Assembly: GCA_964106915.2 (NCBI GenBank)
Contig: OZ066914.1
DNA from: Podarcis gaigeae
Lineage: Eukaryota
Reading direction: 5' to 3' (one strand)
DNA: 64,000 nucleotides
The notes under the pieces were generated by a model. The model saw only the letters and a program-made list of their open reading frames with translations, had not been told where the DNA came from and made no database searches. Each line of letters opens with the position of its first letter. Within the stretch, counting starts at the first letter, position 1. Position numbers and translations under genes: made by a program. Positions 38,517-51,460 of the stretch are shown here, in pieces.

Positions 38517-41336
38517 TATGTGGATCTCCTCTAAGAGGGATGTGTAGGTGAATAATCCATCTTCTTGGTTTGAAATAATAAAAAGATTAACATACCTTTA
38601 AAAGTGCTCTTTTACTTCAGACAGAAGTCGGTCAATATTTGGCCGGCTTTGATGTAACACATCCTTAAAAGGTCAGTGCTTCATCAACAACCTCGAGAAA
38701 TCAAAGCAGATTTGGGCAGTGGTGTTAAACATAGACTCTCTGGGGGTTGTTTCCAAGCATTATTAGTGCTACGGGAGTATAAACCAGCAATTGGCATCAC
38801 ACTACCAGGCAGTACTAACTCCTGTAAGGATATCTATCAGCAATGTTAACAGCACTGCTGTGTGCCTGATGTTGTTAAATGAATACATATTGTGGCAAGT
38901 CAGAAGCTTGCTGATTATTGTCGTCTACAAATGAATTTCTAGTATTTTGAGGAAGCAAGACATGCCAGGGAACCCCAAAATTTACTAAATGTCAAAAACC
39001 ATTTTTTAATAAAAAAACTGCATTTAATTTTTATAAGCAGGTTAGTCCACATTAATCAAGGCACTTGTGTAATTGTTGTCCAGAACCTGTCTGGTAATAA
39101 CTCTGATATCTACTATAATAATAATAATTCTTAGAATTTTTATAGTATTTTATAGTGTCCGGAACACTTTACATATGCTACCCCAGCCATCTTAAAATAA
39201 CACCATAGGTCAGTGGTAGCCCCTGTTTACGCTCCATAATGGACGGCAAAGGTTTGAGAGTGGCTTAGCTAATGTCATCTGGGCAGTTCATGGCAGAGGT
39301 GAGATTTTAAATGGGGGTGTCGTAGCTTGTACTCTTAGCCATAAAGCTGTACCAACGACTTCCGAAAGCTTGCATGTATTGAATGCTGTCCTACATGATT
39401 ACTAGAATATTTAAGCTTTTGGTTTCTCAGAATACCCAAGTTATTCGGGAAATTATGCAGAGACCAGCTAACATTACAGTTGTCAAATTAACTGAAATGG
39501 GACAATGGCAATACAAATATTCTTTTAAAGCAACCAAGCATCTTGCATTGTTGGATCTTACAAGGTTGGACAGGAATATTGCATCAGTGACATCAGTATG
39601 AATTTGTGCTGAGTATTGTTTTGTAGGAGTTCGTTGGCATGATGCTGAAGTATCTCAAAAGCTGCTTGGTTTCTCAGTCATGGTGATCTTTGTAAAGATG
39701 CTAACTAGGATACAAAGAACTACTTGGGGCGCAGTATATGCCCAAATTTGACTGTGACTTTGTGAAGTTATAGCTAGTTGCAAAATTGGGTCACAGTGGA
39801 GCTTTTGACTCCATTGGATGCAAAGAATTGGCTGTAACTTTCTTTAGATCTTGGCTCGTTTGACTTTCTTTCTTCACTCTAAACGTCTATGTTACCTAAT
39901 TAACTGAGTCTTGCTTCAGATGCGAATGTTTAACCCCCACAATCAATTTGAGCTTATGCTCTGAAAATGTGTTGGTTATGGCAAACTCTCAGGATCTGTT
40001 CTAGTAAAAGGGCATCATGGCTGCCAAAACCACCAAGAAAACAAGTAAACTTTGAAATTAGAGACAGATCTCCAGTTGCTTTAGCTCAGAGTTTATATAG
40101 GTGAAAACGGAGGCAATAAATATATCCCACTTTCTAGTGATTGTGAAATATCTTGAGAGAGAGAAAGAGAGAAGACTCATTTCTGAGCCTTCTCTATAGG
40201 GTATATGATGAACTGACAGTATCCTACTGGGGGTTTATTGTATTGTAAAAACTAATTTAGACAGTATTCCCCACCCCCACTCAATTTTTTAAAAAAGGTA
40301 TTTAAATTCTACGAATAGTAACAGTACAACCCCGTGTTTGCTTATTCAGAAGTTAATCCCTCTAAATTCAAAATAACCTATTTTCAGGAAAACATGAATA
40401 AGATTACAGTTTGCTGTAATTTTTGATTTTGAAAACCAAGTGGATGTACTTGCACTGCTTCATTTGACAGACTGAAGAAAAGTTTGTTTGCCTGTAGTTA
40501 TTGGCTAACCTTACAAAAAGAATGACAGGGTTGAGATACTATAGTTGTTTAGTAAGTGAACATCCATTGGTATTGGAGCGCAATGATTTTAGCTTAATAG
40601 AACTCTTTGCAGAGATTTCAACCATTTGAGCTGCACAAAAGGTTTATGGCACCTTCTGCCAGCACAGTCCTGTATCAAGAGAAATTGGTACATTTATCGT
40701 ATCTCTTATTTTGACGGACCCAATAGGACCATAGTTATCAGGGACTGTACATTTCAGCTAGCAGAAATGCCCAAGTGAATAAACTGCAAATGTAAGAGTT
40801 CACTGTAGTGGAAGCCTATGTGTCTTTAATACCCAGTGGAGCTTAGGTTCGTATAAATGGGTGTGGGAGTGCAGCCTTGCGTTGAGCCTCTTAAGTCATA
40901 TTATATGCAAACGTTAATGTGAACACAAGGGACCATGGATCCAGTAATCAGCAAAGCACACAGGTATCTAGGACAAGTAAAAATGTTTTATATTCAACAG
41001 ATTCTCAAACCGCTCTACTTTAGAACATTCTGTTTGAGCCAGCTGCAGTCTGCAAGTTAGTTTATCTATATACAAAATAAACGCACGTCACGTGCAAATT
41101 TTTTAAAACATTTCCCCCTCCTGCATGTTGCAGTTCAATAATTAAGTCAAATAGCTTATGAATAAATAAAATAAGATTAAATTCAAGAGCATTCCTTCAC
41201 TTAGTTTGATAACCAGATGGTAAGTAGACAGTTAAAAGTAGCGGAACATTCCAAATCGCCCTGGAATATTTGCAGTCAGGTCAGAGTATCCCATAATATG
41301 CAGAGCAGTCCCGGAATACATTCTAAGTGAAATGCA

Positions 41337-42369
41337 TCATGCATAGAAAATGAGTTCAGGTATCTGCCCTCCTTGCACCCCAGTGCCGTTGGTACTGTCC
41401 GAGGAGCACTGGAACTGGAACGTCACTTTTCCACACTGTACTTCGGTCATTCCCTCTTGTCCAAAGTAACTCAGCTCATTGCCATCCAGGATGGCGCTCA
41501 CATTGTAAAAGGTGTCTTGCTCAACCTGCACGGGATGCTCGAACCATACTGAGAAAGTGTTACTAGATCCATCAGAGGTAAACTTCGTCAGGTTCTGGGC
41601 AAGAACAGCCCCCAGCCGCTTCAGTTCAATTTTGACGCTGTATTCCGCCTTCCCACAACTCGACCCGTACAATCCCAGTCCGGCTATAAATATCCTTTTA
41701 TCAACAGCAAACTGGATGCTGTCACACCGACCTCGGTACCTCCACTGATTGCTACGGTAGGCGGAGGACTGAAATCGGTGGCACCTCTGGGGTACAAGTC
41801 CTTTCCTCTTGGTTAGCGGAAATTCTAACTTGGGCTTATTGGCAGCAGTATACCACAAGAAAATATTATGCCTTTCCTCCAGCGTTAGGATGTCGGACTG
41901 AGCAGCCCCGTTGGCGAACTCTTCCAGAGTCATGGTTGGGATCCGTACCAAGTACAAAGCTTTCCCCAATACATTCCGCTTGTTCCTTGGCGTAACCGGC
42001 AGCCCTTGCCTTTTGCATTCAGCCTCAGCCCAGTTCAGGACTGCCTCAAACACCACCACCTCCTTCGTGTTCAGGGCTTCCCGCGTCACGATGATCTCTA
42101 GCGTCTGTTGATCTATTTCGCAGAAGCCCTCCGATTTTAGTGCCATCTCAGCCTGAGCATCAATGACTTCCCAGCAGCGCTGCGTCAGCTCCGGCTCCTC
42201 AAAGAGTCTGCTCTGAGACAGCAGAACGCAAGCATTCTTGGCCTCTAGACTGGTCTCCAGAAAATTGACGCAAGCTTTTGCTAATGCTGGGACAATGTAT
42301 TTCTTGGCTGCGTACAGAGTAGCAAGCACAGTGTCTGCTTCCAGGTCGATTTCATCGCTGTACATGTAC
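41337..42369 (-). CDS. BTBD6: BTBD6 last coding exon (end of BTB, BACK and PHR domains)
   Basis: (K)YMYSDEIDLEADTVLATLYAAKKY...GTGVQGGQIPELIFYA*, near-identical to BTBD6. TAG acceptor at 42370-42372; TGA at 41337-41339. Confidence 0.98.
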
Positions 42370-42551
42370 CTATCGATGCAAAAGAAAAAAAGGAGAGAGA
42401 ATAATCCAATTTTTAAAAAGAACAGGCATATGGTTGCAGCTAATCATTTAACATCAACCATCCTTAAAGGCCTTTAAACCCATGTTCCCAAGCTGCTGAA
42501 AGACTGTTGAAAAGCTTTGTTTTCATCCAAGTTATCTTTACTACCACTTAC

Positions 42552-42670
42552 TTTAGTAAGATTAGGAAGGCTGCAGGTTCCACATCTGGTATATGGATTT
42601 CAGATTTGACCTCTGCAAGATCTCCATAAAACATGGCATAGAAGACAGAGCTACCAACTGCCAAAACATA
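42552..42670 (-). CDS. BTBD6: BTBD6 coding exon 3 (BTB domain)
   Basis: [39 protein letters not shown](K). 119 nt. CAG acceptor; GTAAGT donor. Absent from the ORF track. Confidence 0.96.
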
Positions 42671-43016
42671 CTGCATTTAAAAAAAGAAAAAGAAAATCAG
42701 CCATGGTTGTAGACAGCTATATTTAAGTAGGTAGAATTATATAATAATTTCAATTTTAGGAGTATTTCCCCTCCCCATTTAGCTATAATACTTAGAATGT
42801 ACATGAGTGTAAATTTATTTTATCTAGTGTCAGAGAAGATATTATATATTTTATACAACTCCTTAATTGCATTTTGCAAAGATAATATGGGATGACCCTA
42901 TAAATAAGAAAAATTGAGCTGGAGCATGTAGAATGGTACACGGGTCTTTCAATGGAGAACAGAACAAATAGAACCCCATAGCAGGGGAAAAGAAAGCTGA
43001 GTGTCATCCCACAAAC

Positions 43017-43107
43017 CTTGTGAGCAGGAACTTTCTTGGCTGCCCCCACTGGGCCCACAATAAAATGCACATCCGCCATAAGTTCGTTATTGAACATGAG
43101 CGCGTTC
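43017..43107 (-). CDS. BTBD6: BTBD6 coding exon 2 (start of BTB/POZ domain)
   Basis: (R)NALMFNNELMADVHFIVGPVGAAKKVPAHK. 91 nt. ttgcAG acceptor; GTTTGT donor. Confidence 0.96.
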
Positions 43108-43444
43108 CTGCAAGTTTACAGAAAAGGAGGATGCTGTTAAAACCGCAGCTGAGCAGGCAGGCATCACAAGGCTCTTTCCATGCCCTCCTCCTCCCCCATC
43201 TTGGACCCGTTCCAACCATGACTGCCAGTGCCTCCTTCCCTTCTGCTTCCTCGCTGGAAAGGGGCAGGTAGAAGCTCAAATCTGCCCGCCTCCCAAATCT
43301 CTGGAAACATCCCAAACCCTTGAGCGCAACTGGAGTGCCCTTTCTTCCAGACACCCAAACTCCATCCCCCCTTGTTGATATTACACAGCACAAGTTCACG
43401 CCCAGGTTGTTGCTTGCTGCAACCTGCAGCCCGCTGGAGCTTTC

Positions 43445-43644
43445 NNNNNNNNNNNNNNNNNNNNNNNNNNNNNNNNNNNNNNNNNNNNNNNNNNNNNNNN
43501 NNNNNNNNNNNNNNNNNNNNNNNNNNNNNNNNNNNNNNNNNNNNNNNNNNNNNNNNNNNNNNNNNNNNNNNNNNNNNNNNNNNNNNNNNNNNNNNNNNNN
43601 NNNNNNNNNNNNNNNNNNNNNNNNNNNNNNNNNNNNNNNNNNNN
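43445..43644. other. Assembly gap (N run) covering the end of BTBD6 exon 1
   Basis: Run of N. Confidence 1.
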
Positions 43645-43947
43645 GAGGTTTTGCAGCGGCGGCGGCGGCGGGGGCTGCGCGCTCTGCTGGAGCTGAAGGG
43701 CGTTTTTCTTGCTGTTGGCGGCGGCGGCGGCGTTATTGCTGTTGGCGAGGTTGGTGTTGGCGCTGGCAGGGTAAAGTTCCGCAGCCATCTTCTTCTTGAG
43801 GGCCAGGGGCACTATCTCATAGCATGCTGGCCCCTTGCCGCCGGCCCGGACGCTCCTTTTGGACTTCTTTAAGGTCTCTGGAAGCAGAAGAAAGAAAGTC
43901 AAGCACTTCATGATCCGCCCATGGAAGCAACCATGGTCCAGTGGCAT
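43645..43947 (-). CDS. BTBD6: BTBD6 first coding exon (3' end hidden in N gap 43445-43644)
   Basis: ATG at 43947 gives MPLDHGCFHGRIMKCLTFFLLLPETLKKSKRS...CYEIVPLALKKKMAAELYPASANTNLANSN...PPPPPPLQNL. MAAELY (ATG 43788) matches the BTBD6 short-form start; MKCLTFF..LPET and CYEI match the BTBD3/6 long N-terminus. Confidence 0.88.
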
Positions 43948-46270
43948 CAGCGGGGAGGGATCCCCGCCTCCTCCTCCTCGACGGGCAATCGAGCACAACA
44001 GTCCCACGTCCAAAGATGTCAACCAAAAGAGAAGAGAATATCCTGCCTTTGGAAGGGAAAAAACAAACAAACAGTGGCCGCTTCGGTTCGTCGCTGGGAG
44101 AGATCTATGCCCAAAGCGCCTTTTTGCGCTCCGTTCCTGATGGGGGCGCAGCGGTGATGCCCTAGTGAGTCATCGCTCACCTGGCGCCCGGGAGCGGAGC
44201 GATGGGGGCGGGGAGGTGGGAGAGGACGCGGGGGTGTCCCAGCCTCGAGCCGGCGGCCAGCACCCCACCGCGCTGGGCCCACCGAACCGGCAAAGCCCAG
44301 GGAGCCGTCGAGGCAGCGATTTCCGCCGGAGAGGCCACGGCAAGCGGCGGCGGCGACGCTGAACTTCTGCCAACCCTCTCGGAGCGGAGGAGGAGGGAGC
44401 GAGCGAGCGAAAGCAGGAAACTCGGGCTTGCTGGCTTATTTATTTATTTTTATTTTCCGGCCGGAGGTGGAACATCCGCGAAGGAGCAGCCGATCCCCGA
44501 TTATTCTTCTTATTACTGTATTATTATTATTTTCCTCCACGGTCGCAACAAGACCCGTAGTCGGTAAAATCCCAGAGGCGGCGGCGGCGATGCGCAGAGG
44601 AGTCGGGTGGGGGCCGGCATCCGATCCAGCCGCTCTTCTTTGCAAAAGGAAAACCCTAGCGAAATTGCAGGCGGCGGTTCAGCTTCTGCGCTCGGGGAGG
44701 CCGGTCCCCGGCGCTCTTCTCCATGGGCGGGCGCCGGGTCGGAGATGCGCTCTTGCTGTCTTTGCTGCTGCTGCTCCGCCGCCTGTGTCGTAATTGGAAA
44801 GTCAGCAAGAGCCGCTTTGCCGGGCTGGGCGCCCGTGGCCGTCCGCGTGTGCGCCTTCTCGCGCGTATGTGCTTCCTCGCCCGTCTCTCCCTTTCTGGCG
44901 CGGCGGCGGCTGCTGCTGCTGCCTCCGCCGCCTCCTCCTCCCGCTGCCTCAAATAGCCAGCAGCAGCTCCGCGCGTCACCGGCGCCTGCTCCAATGGCGA
45001 GGCGGCGGAGAGCAGGGCGCACGGGGAGGGACGGAGGGCTGCCTCCCTCCTGCCACCCCTCCCCTGCCAGACAATATGTCATTCTTCTCCGCTCCTTTGC
45101 TGGCCGCCCACCCCCTTCCCCCCTCCCTTTTTTCGCCAATCAATCCAGTCCCCTCCTCCATTTGGGAAATTTACAGGAAACCCAAATTCGCTTTCCTTGT
45201 TGGGCGAAGCAGATTTTGAAAAAGCACAACACACACAGGCACACACAAACGCGGCTGCAGCGGAGCATAAGAGAACCAAGAACAACATGCAGCCCCCGCT
45301 TTGCAAACCCCCTCCAGCAATTTCGGGAAAGGCGCCGCGGAAACAGCAGAAGTATTTCAGTTCAGAAAGGGATCTGCAGGGCTTTTTTTTTTTGCAGATA
45401 AAAGTTCGGCTGCTTTTTTGGGGTGGGGTGGGGGGGAGCGTACTTTACCCACCACCTTTAAGCGATTGCACGGGAAAATTCTTTCCCTTCCTACACAACA
45501 CACACTTGGCAGCAGCTCGCCTGACCTCGCCTCTGCGTTTGCTGCTGCCGCTGCCCCAAAACGCGATCGGGAAAGCAGTAAACAAATGGGGCCAGGTTTG
45601 GATACCCCCCTCCTTTCCCAGGCGTAATGCAAGCCTCAGCTGGAGCGGAGCGTCCAGATTTATTTTGCAAATTCTGTCATCCCTTGCCGATCGGCACCGG
45701 CGACAGTTCTTGGTCTAGTTGCAAAGTGCGTGGTTTTTTCTGGAGGGGGCGGTCGGGTCGCTCAAGGTAACGACGGCAAGCAGTCCCGCAGCTGGCGAAC
45801 TCGGCTGCAGCGCCCCGCCGACCCCGGATCGCCCGGTCCCAGCCGCGGCCCTCCCCGTTTCCCATCGCCGCCGCCCACCCCACGGCTCTGATAAAAGCCA
45901 CTCAAGTGTACCTGCTGGCCCGCTCACCAGGCGCCCCCTCGCCCCAGTCCGGCTGGGAAAGTTTGCGCGGCGGACTCATCCTTGGAGTCAGAAGCCATGA
46001 TTATGGAAATGGCAGTCTCCGGCGGCGGCGGCGGCAGCATCAGGCAGGCGGGAGGGGCCGCCTCGCCGATCCCAGCTTAGTGCAGCGGCGGCGGCCCCCA
46101 GCGAGCTTCCTTCCCAAGCGAGCCGAGCGAGGGCGCCCCTGCTCCTTCTGGCCCGAGCCTGGCACAGTGCTCTTTTTCTCACTCCGTGCGACCCCCTCCT
46201 TCGGGCAAAGGCAAGGGGGGGGGGGCATAGCGCTTTGCAAAAGTTTTCGTCTGCCCAAGCCAAGGCGAAG
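43645..46270. promoter_or_regulatory. CpG island / BTBD6 promoter, possibly bidirectional
   Basis: Abrupt GC- and CpG-rich stretch with (CGG)n runs. CCAAT at about 44991 and 45137. Minus-strand G-quadruplex-type run GGGAGGGGGGAAGGGGGTGGG at 45107-45127. Lies directly upstream of the BTBD6 ATGs. Confidence 0.85.
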
Positions 46271-46339
46271 TCGCCCCAAAACTGCCATAGAGATAGCAAA
46301 ATTATCAAAAGTAGGGGGTCCATGGTCTGGCTTTTGAAA

Positions 46340-46415
46340 CAAGGGGGTGATGTTGTGCAGATGCCTGATGATCGTCTTCCAAAGCAACTACTCTATTTCA
46401 AACTTAAAAATGATG
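46340..46415 (+). mobile_element. Short RTE-clade LINE remnant
   Basis: DVVQMPDDRLPKQLLYFKLKN resembles the RTE motif GHVVRMPD.RLPKQLLY.ELK. Confidence 0.6.
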
Positions 46416-46417
46416 GC

Positions 46418-46460
<43 letters not shown>

Positions 46461-47084
46461 TTTATACCCCCGCCCATCTGGCTGAGTTTCCCCAGCCACT
46501 CTGAGCGGCTCCCAATCAAATGTTAAAAACAGTACAGCATTAAATATTAAAAATTTCCCTAAATAGGGCTGCCTTCAGATGTCTTTTAAAAATAGGATAG
46601 CTGCTTATTTCCTTCACATCTGAAGGGAGGGCGTTCCACAGGACAGGTGCCACTACTGAGAAGGCCCTCTCTGGTTCCCTGTAACCTTACTTCTCGCGAT
46701 GAGGGAACCACCAGAAGGCCCTCGGCTCTGGATCTCAGTGTCTGGGCTGAACGATGGGGGTGGAGACGCTCCTTCAGGTATACCGGACGGAGGCCGTTTA
46801 GGGCTTTAAAGGTCAGCACCAACACTTTGAATTGTGCTCGGAAACGTACTGGGAGCCAGTGCAGATCTCTCAGGACTGGTGTTATGTGGTCCCGGCGGCC
46901 GCTCCCAGTCACCAGTCTAGCTGCCACATTCTGGATTAATTGCAGTTTCTGGGTCACCTTCAAAGGTAGCCCCACGTAGAGTGCATTGCAGTAGTCCAAG
47001 TGGGAGATAACTAGAGCATGCACCACTCTGGCGAGACAGTCTGCGGGCAGGTAGGGTCTTACCCTGCGTACCAGGTGGAGCTGG
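46418..47084 (-). mobile_element. L2 LINE 3' fragment, same family as 6858
   Basis: Highly similar to 7100-7720 in reverse; (AAT)n tail at 46418-46459. Confidence 0.92.
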
Positions 47085-47536
47085 TTTGCAGTGCTTAGCT
47101 AATTGGAACCACTGATTTCACAGAATCAAAGTTGGAAGGAACCCCAAGGGTCATATAGTCCAACCCCCTGCTATGCAGGAATCTCAACCAAAGCATCCAT
47201 GACAGATGGTCATACAACCTTTGTTTAAAAACTTCCAAGGAAAGAGAGTCCACAAGCCTGGAGTTGCCAGCTTCATTTTTCTATCATTTGTATTTTAAGC
47301 TGAATAAAAAAAAAATGTGTTTGTGGGGTTTGCGAAAGGTGCTGAAGTGCTGAGTTGTGTTTATGGTTTAATAAAAAATAAACTAGATTCAAGAAACCAG
47401 ACTGAATCCCTTTCTTTAAAAAGGGGTGGAATTTCTTTCAATAGAAGAGCTTCTGTGCTGGATCATGCCAGTGGGCCATCTGTCAGCATTCTGCTCCCCA
47501 CTGTGGCAACTAGATGCCTAATGAAGCCCACAAGCC

Positions 47537-47576
<40 letters not shown>

Positions 47577-48072
47577 TTGTAGATTGCCTTTCATCTGAAG
47601 GTCACAGGGTGGTTCACAACATAAAAATACAAAATGAGAACTCAAAAAACATAATAAAAATAACAAAAACAAACCAATACACCCCCAAGCCCCCATATTT
47701 AAAAGGGTATAGAATGTTAATCAGCCAAAGAAAGGCCTGCTTACAGAGAAGCGTTTTTCTCCTGGTGCCTAAATATAAACAATGAAGGTGCCAGCTGACA
47801 CCAACAAAGAGGAACCCACTGCAGAAAATGCCCGTTGTTGCATTGCCACCCTCCGGACCTCTTGTGGAGAAGGCATATGAAGAAGGGCCTTGAATGATGA
47901 TTGCAGGGTCCAGGTTGGTGGTCCTTGAGGTATTGTGGTCCTGAGCCGTTTAAGGCTTTATAGGTCAAAACCAGCACTTTGAAATGACCTAGGAACTAAT
48001 CAGCAACCAGTGCAGTCAGACCAGGTTCGGTGTAATATGCTCCAAGTGTCTCGTCCCAGTGAGCAACCTGGC
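47537..48072 (-). mobile_element. Older L2 family 3' fragment
   Basis: LVLTYKALNGSGPQYLKD motif; 3'UTR shared with the copy at about 4926-5385. Confidence 0.75.
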
Positions 48073-51000
48073 CCAGGGGAGTAGCACCTCCTTACAGTGC
48101 CCTGGTTAGGCTCGGGTGCCCCCCCTTGGGGACAGAGGCTGCTGCAGCAGCAGCCAAGCAGGGGCAGGGGGCAGAAGGTAAACACCCTCTGTGCCCTGTC
48201 CCTCCCCCCCCCGGCGCATGAGTGCCCGCCTGTCAGCAGCGAGGGCAGGGTGAGCACGGAGTGAGTGGGTGGTATTCAATGCTCGTCTTATTTGGAGTAG
48301 ATCCATTGTTGTTACTAGACATGATTAACTTAGGTTCCTTAATTTAAGTGGGTTTACTCTGAGTAGGACTTAGTTGAATATAAGATTTTTAGCGTGAAGA
48401 GGGAATGCTTCCTTAGCTGTGTGCTCACTTGATACTGCAAGGCCCTCTCTGTCCCTTCTTGAGGTGTCCTGCCCCATAATGGAGAACAACTTAGGGATAT
48501 CTACATTCAACTAGAAATGATCCTTGTGGTGGGGGAAGAGACAGGTAATGACCTTCCCTAGACAGATGGCACAGAAATAAAGCAGTTGCACCTATCCACT
48601 TTGTAAGTGCTTGTTGCTTTTGTTCATGTGAACACAAAAAAGTATGTCTTGCTTTTCCATATCATGCACCCCTTTCTGTTGTTGCTATCAGCCTAGAAGA
48701 CAGCTCTTGAGTTTCTGTAAACTTCTGATTACCCCATGTTGCACACTCTTTTGAACCATTTGGATAAACCATATCCACACTTGTATTGAACCCTTTCTAC
48801 AAAATGTTGATATCTCTGATCCAGAACCTACTCAGGACATAGAATCACGAATATACAGAAAATGTTACAAAAGCTTGGGCATAGGTTTGGAAGAAGTCCA
48901 ACATTTAAGTGTGCCTTGAGCTGATGCTTGTTTTGTGATGTCTCTATGGCATTGTTTAGTTATGTTAATCTGAGTTCTTTATTTTCAGGCCTAGTTCAGA
49001 TAAAATGAAAAACCGTGGTTTCCAGCTATGTGAAGAAACTTGTGACGAGCCTTAGGCTCACACATTTCTCCCATTTTGCTTTTACAAGGAGATTAGGAGC
49101 TTCCGCTTCTGTTTTTAAACAAACCAAGTTTCCTGTGATATCTGAACATGGGTGACTGGTTTGTGTTTTAACTGTTTGTTAAATTTGTATCCCACCAAAT
49201 GGTGCAAAAGACTGCGACGGTAAATGAGAATGAAACAGATTAAAACAATGGTTCTGGTTCCTGGCTTGTTCTCACAGATTGTAGTTTAAACAGACCACCA
49301 TCTCCTGAGTTAGAATGTCACAAGGAACTTGGTTTGTCTAAACCTGTGGGTGGGTGCTTTTGATCTCCTTTGGTATGCACAGAACGAGATGGAGTGTGTG
49401 CACTCAAGACTTCATGTAGTAGGAATCCATAGTTCCCCATTACATCTGAACTAGGGCTCAGTCTTACAGCATTACAAAGCAGAACTCTACACACCTTTAT
49501 AACTTCCATAGGATTATTTTTTAAAGAAACTTCTGGCATCACAAGCTAACATGGTACTTGGAAGAAAGTACCTTGTTGTCTGTGGGCCTTGATATTTTCA
49601 TTTAATCTGTTTTGGGAATTGAATTGTTCAGTCTTCAAGGCTTTTAATTTCTTTGGTGAGTTTCACTTTTCTATTAACGCACAGTGCAGACTGGTGTTGT
49701 CAAGGCAGTCTGTAAGCATGAAAGACAAAACAATTTTCTGAAATACCACAATGCATTTGAGGCTCTGTGCAGGGCAGCTTTAGGTAAAAAAGTGATAAAA
49801 AGTCTTTAACCTCATCCCAGGAGATTCTCATCTTGTGACCTGCTAGCTGCCTTCATGTTATCACTGCCAATGCACACGAGAAAGTTTTGTGATTTTCTCT
49901 TTCTCTGTTGCATTGTGAAATGTAACATAGAAATGCAGCCACAAAAATCATATTTATGGTTTGCTTACACCTTTTATATATTAATGAAGTTGTGATGCTT
50001 AAGATTTATAGCATTTGCTTTTACTTGGGATACTAGATTTTCTTGGGGTCTTTAGTTCTTTCAAACAAGTTCATTGATTTACAGCAATTTAACTATAAAT
50101 CTGTATGAACATCATGGATAACTAATGTGCGGATTTCCTCCATGAATCTCTACAACTCAGATAGTGTTAATAATTTACTTGGTATTTTTACTATGATCTA
50201 CTACTGCCTGTACAGAGGTTTTCATGCAGTGTTGCGGACTATGTGTATGTGCGGTCATTTTATTACACAATAAGAATAAACAGAACTCGCTGCATAATGG
50301 GTAAGTGTTAACACTTAGCAGCAAATGAAGCTGATTTCATTAATTATAAGTCCACGAGAACTATTTAAATGAACATTTTCAAGCGAAGCCTCATCCTTAT
50401 CAACGGAAGAACTCAAGCAGGGCATCAACTGAGAAAGCATATTCGCCAACAAATTACCTGGCAGGAAATGAGAAACTGATTCCTCCACAGAAGAGCATAA
50501 ACATATTAAACAAAGGCTTAAAAAAATATATCTGCTGCATTAGAAGTTGACCCCTCAAAAAAGCACTATTTATGTAGCTTTCTTCGTTTGGAACCACAAA
50601 CACCAATATAAAAATGATTTTATTGCGGCGCAATAGTTAGGCATCAAGCTGCATTGCTAAGCACATTAAACTGAGATAAATCGGAAAAACAAGTGGGCTG
50701 GTAAAACCACATGGCTGCATGCTCTAATTGGTTTTCCAAATGAGAATCTGAAAATATTTATGTAAGTTACATATACTGCTTTTCAGGTGGTTTGCTTGCA
50801 TAAAATTATTAAAGCAACATGCATGAATGAAAATTGTATAATAAAGCAGAAAAGCCAAACAACTGTTTGTCACTGGAAAACCTGTATCACTCCTTCAGGA
50901 AAGGGGAAATAAACATAATCTAATCTGTGCCTGGTGGAACATTGATTCTTCTAGCATAAACTTTACAGGCCAGGTGAGCGATTTGTTTTATGGGCCACCT

Positions 51001-51460
51001 TGGGAAGGGAGTTGCAGCCTAACCCCATGCTCAGTTCCTCCAAAGTGGGCCACCACAGCTGCTATGCTCTCAGCACACTTTTCTGGCAACTCTAATACTC
51101 TTCAGGAGACTGGATTTTGCTAGTCCTTTACTCCTGCAATTGCTAGCCCACTGGGCTAAACCAGAGATGGCCTGCCAGATCTCTCAGGGTATACTTGTTG
51201 CTCTTCAAAAAAACAAGCTTCAAAGCAGCCATGTGGGGCTGCTTATTTAACTGACATCTTCTACCAGCCCTCCTGGGCTAAACAGGCTGTTGGAATTTAG
51301 ATTGAGGAAACAGAATGGATGCAGCAGCCTTTCACCCACTACCAGTGCCTCACATTGCTGTTTTGAAGCAAAAGACAAATAAATATGTACAGGAGATCCT
51401 GATCATATACCCCCTGTGTCGAGTCTGATAAGTTTTGAAGTTGGCTCAGAAAACAAAATA

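Noticed and set aside
44019-46387. Many overlapping ORFs (up to 264 aa) in the CpG island
   Set aside because: Low-complexity Arg/Ala/Pro/Gly products expected from stop-poor GC-rich DNA; no recognisable domain.
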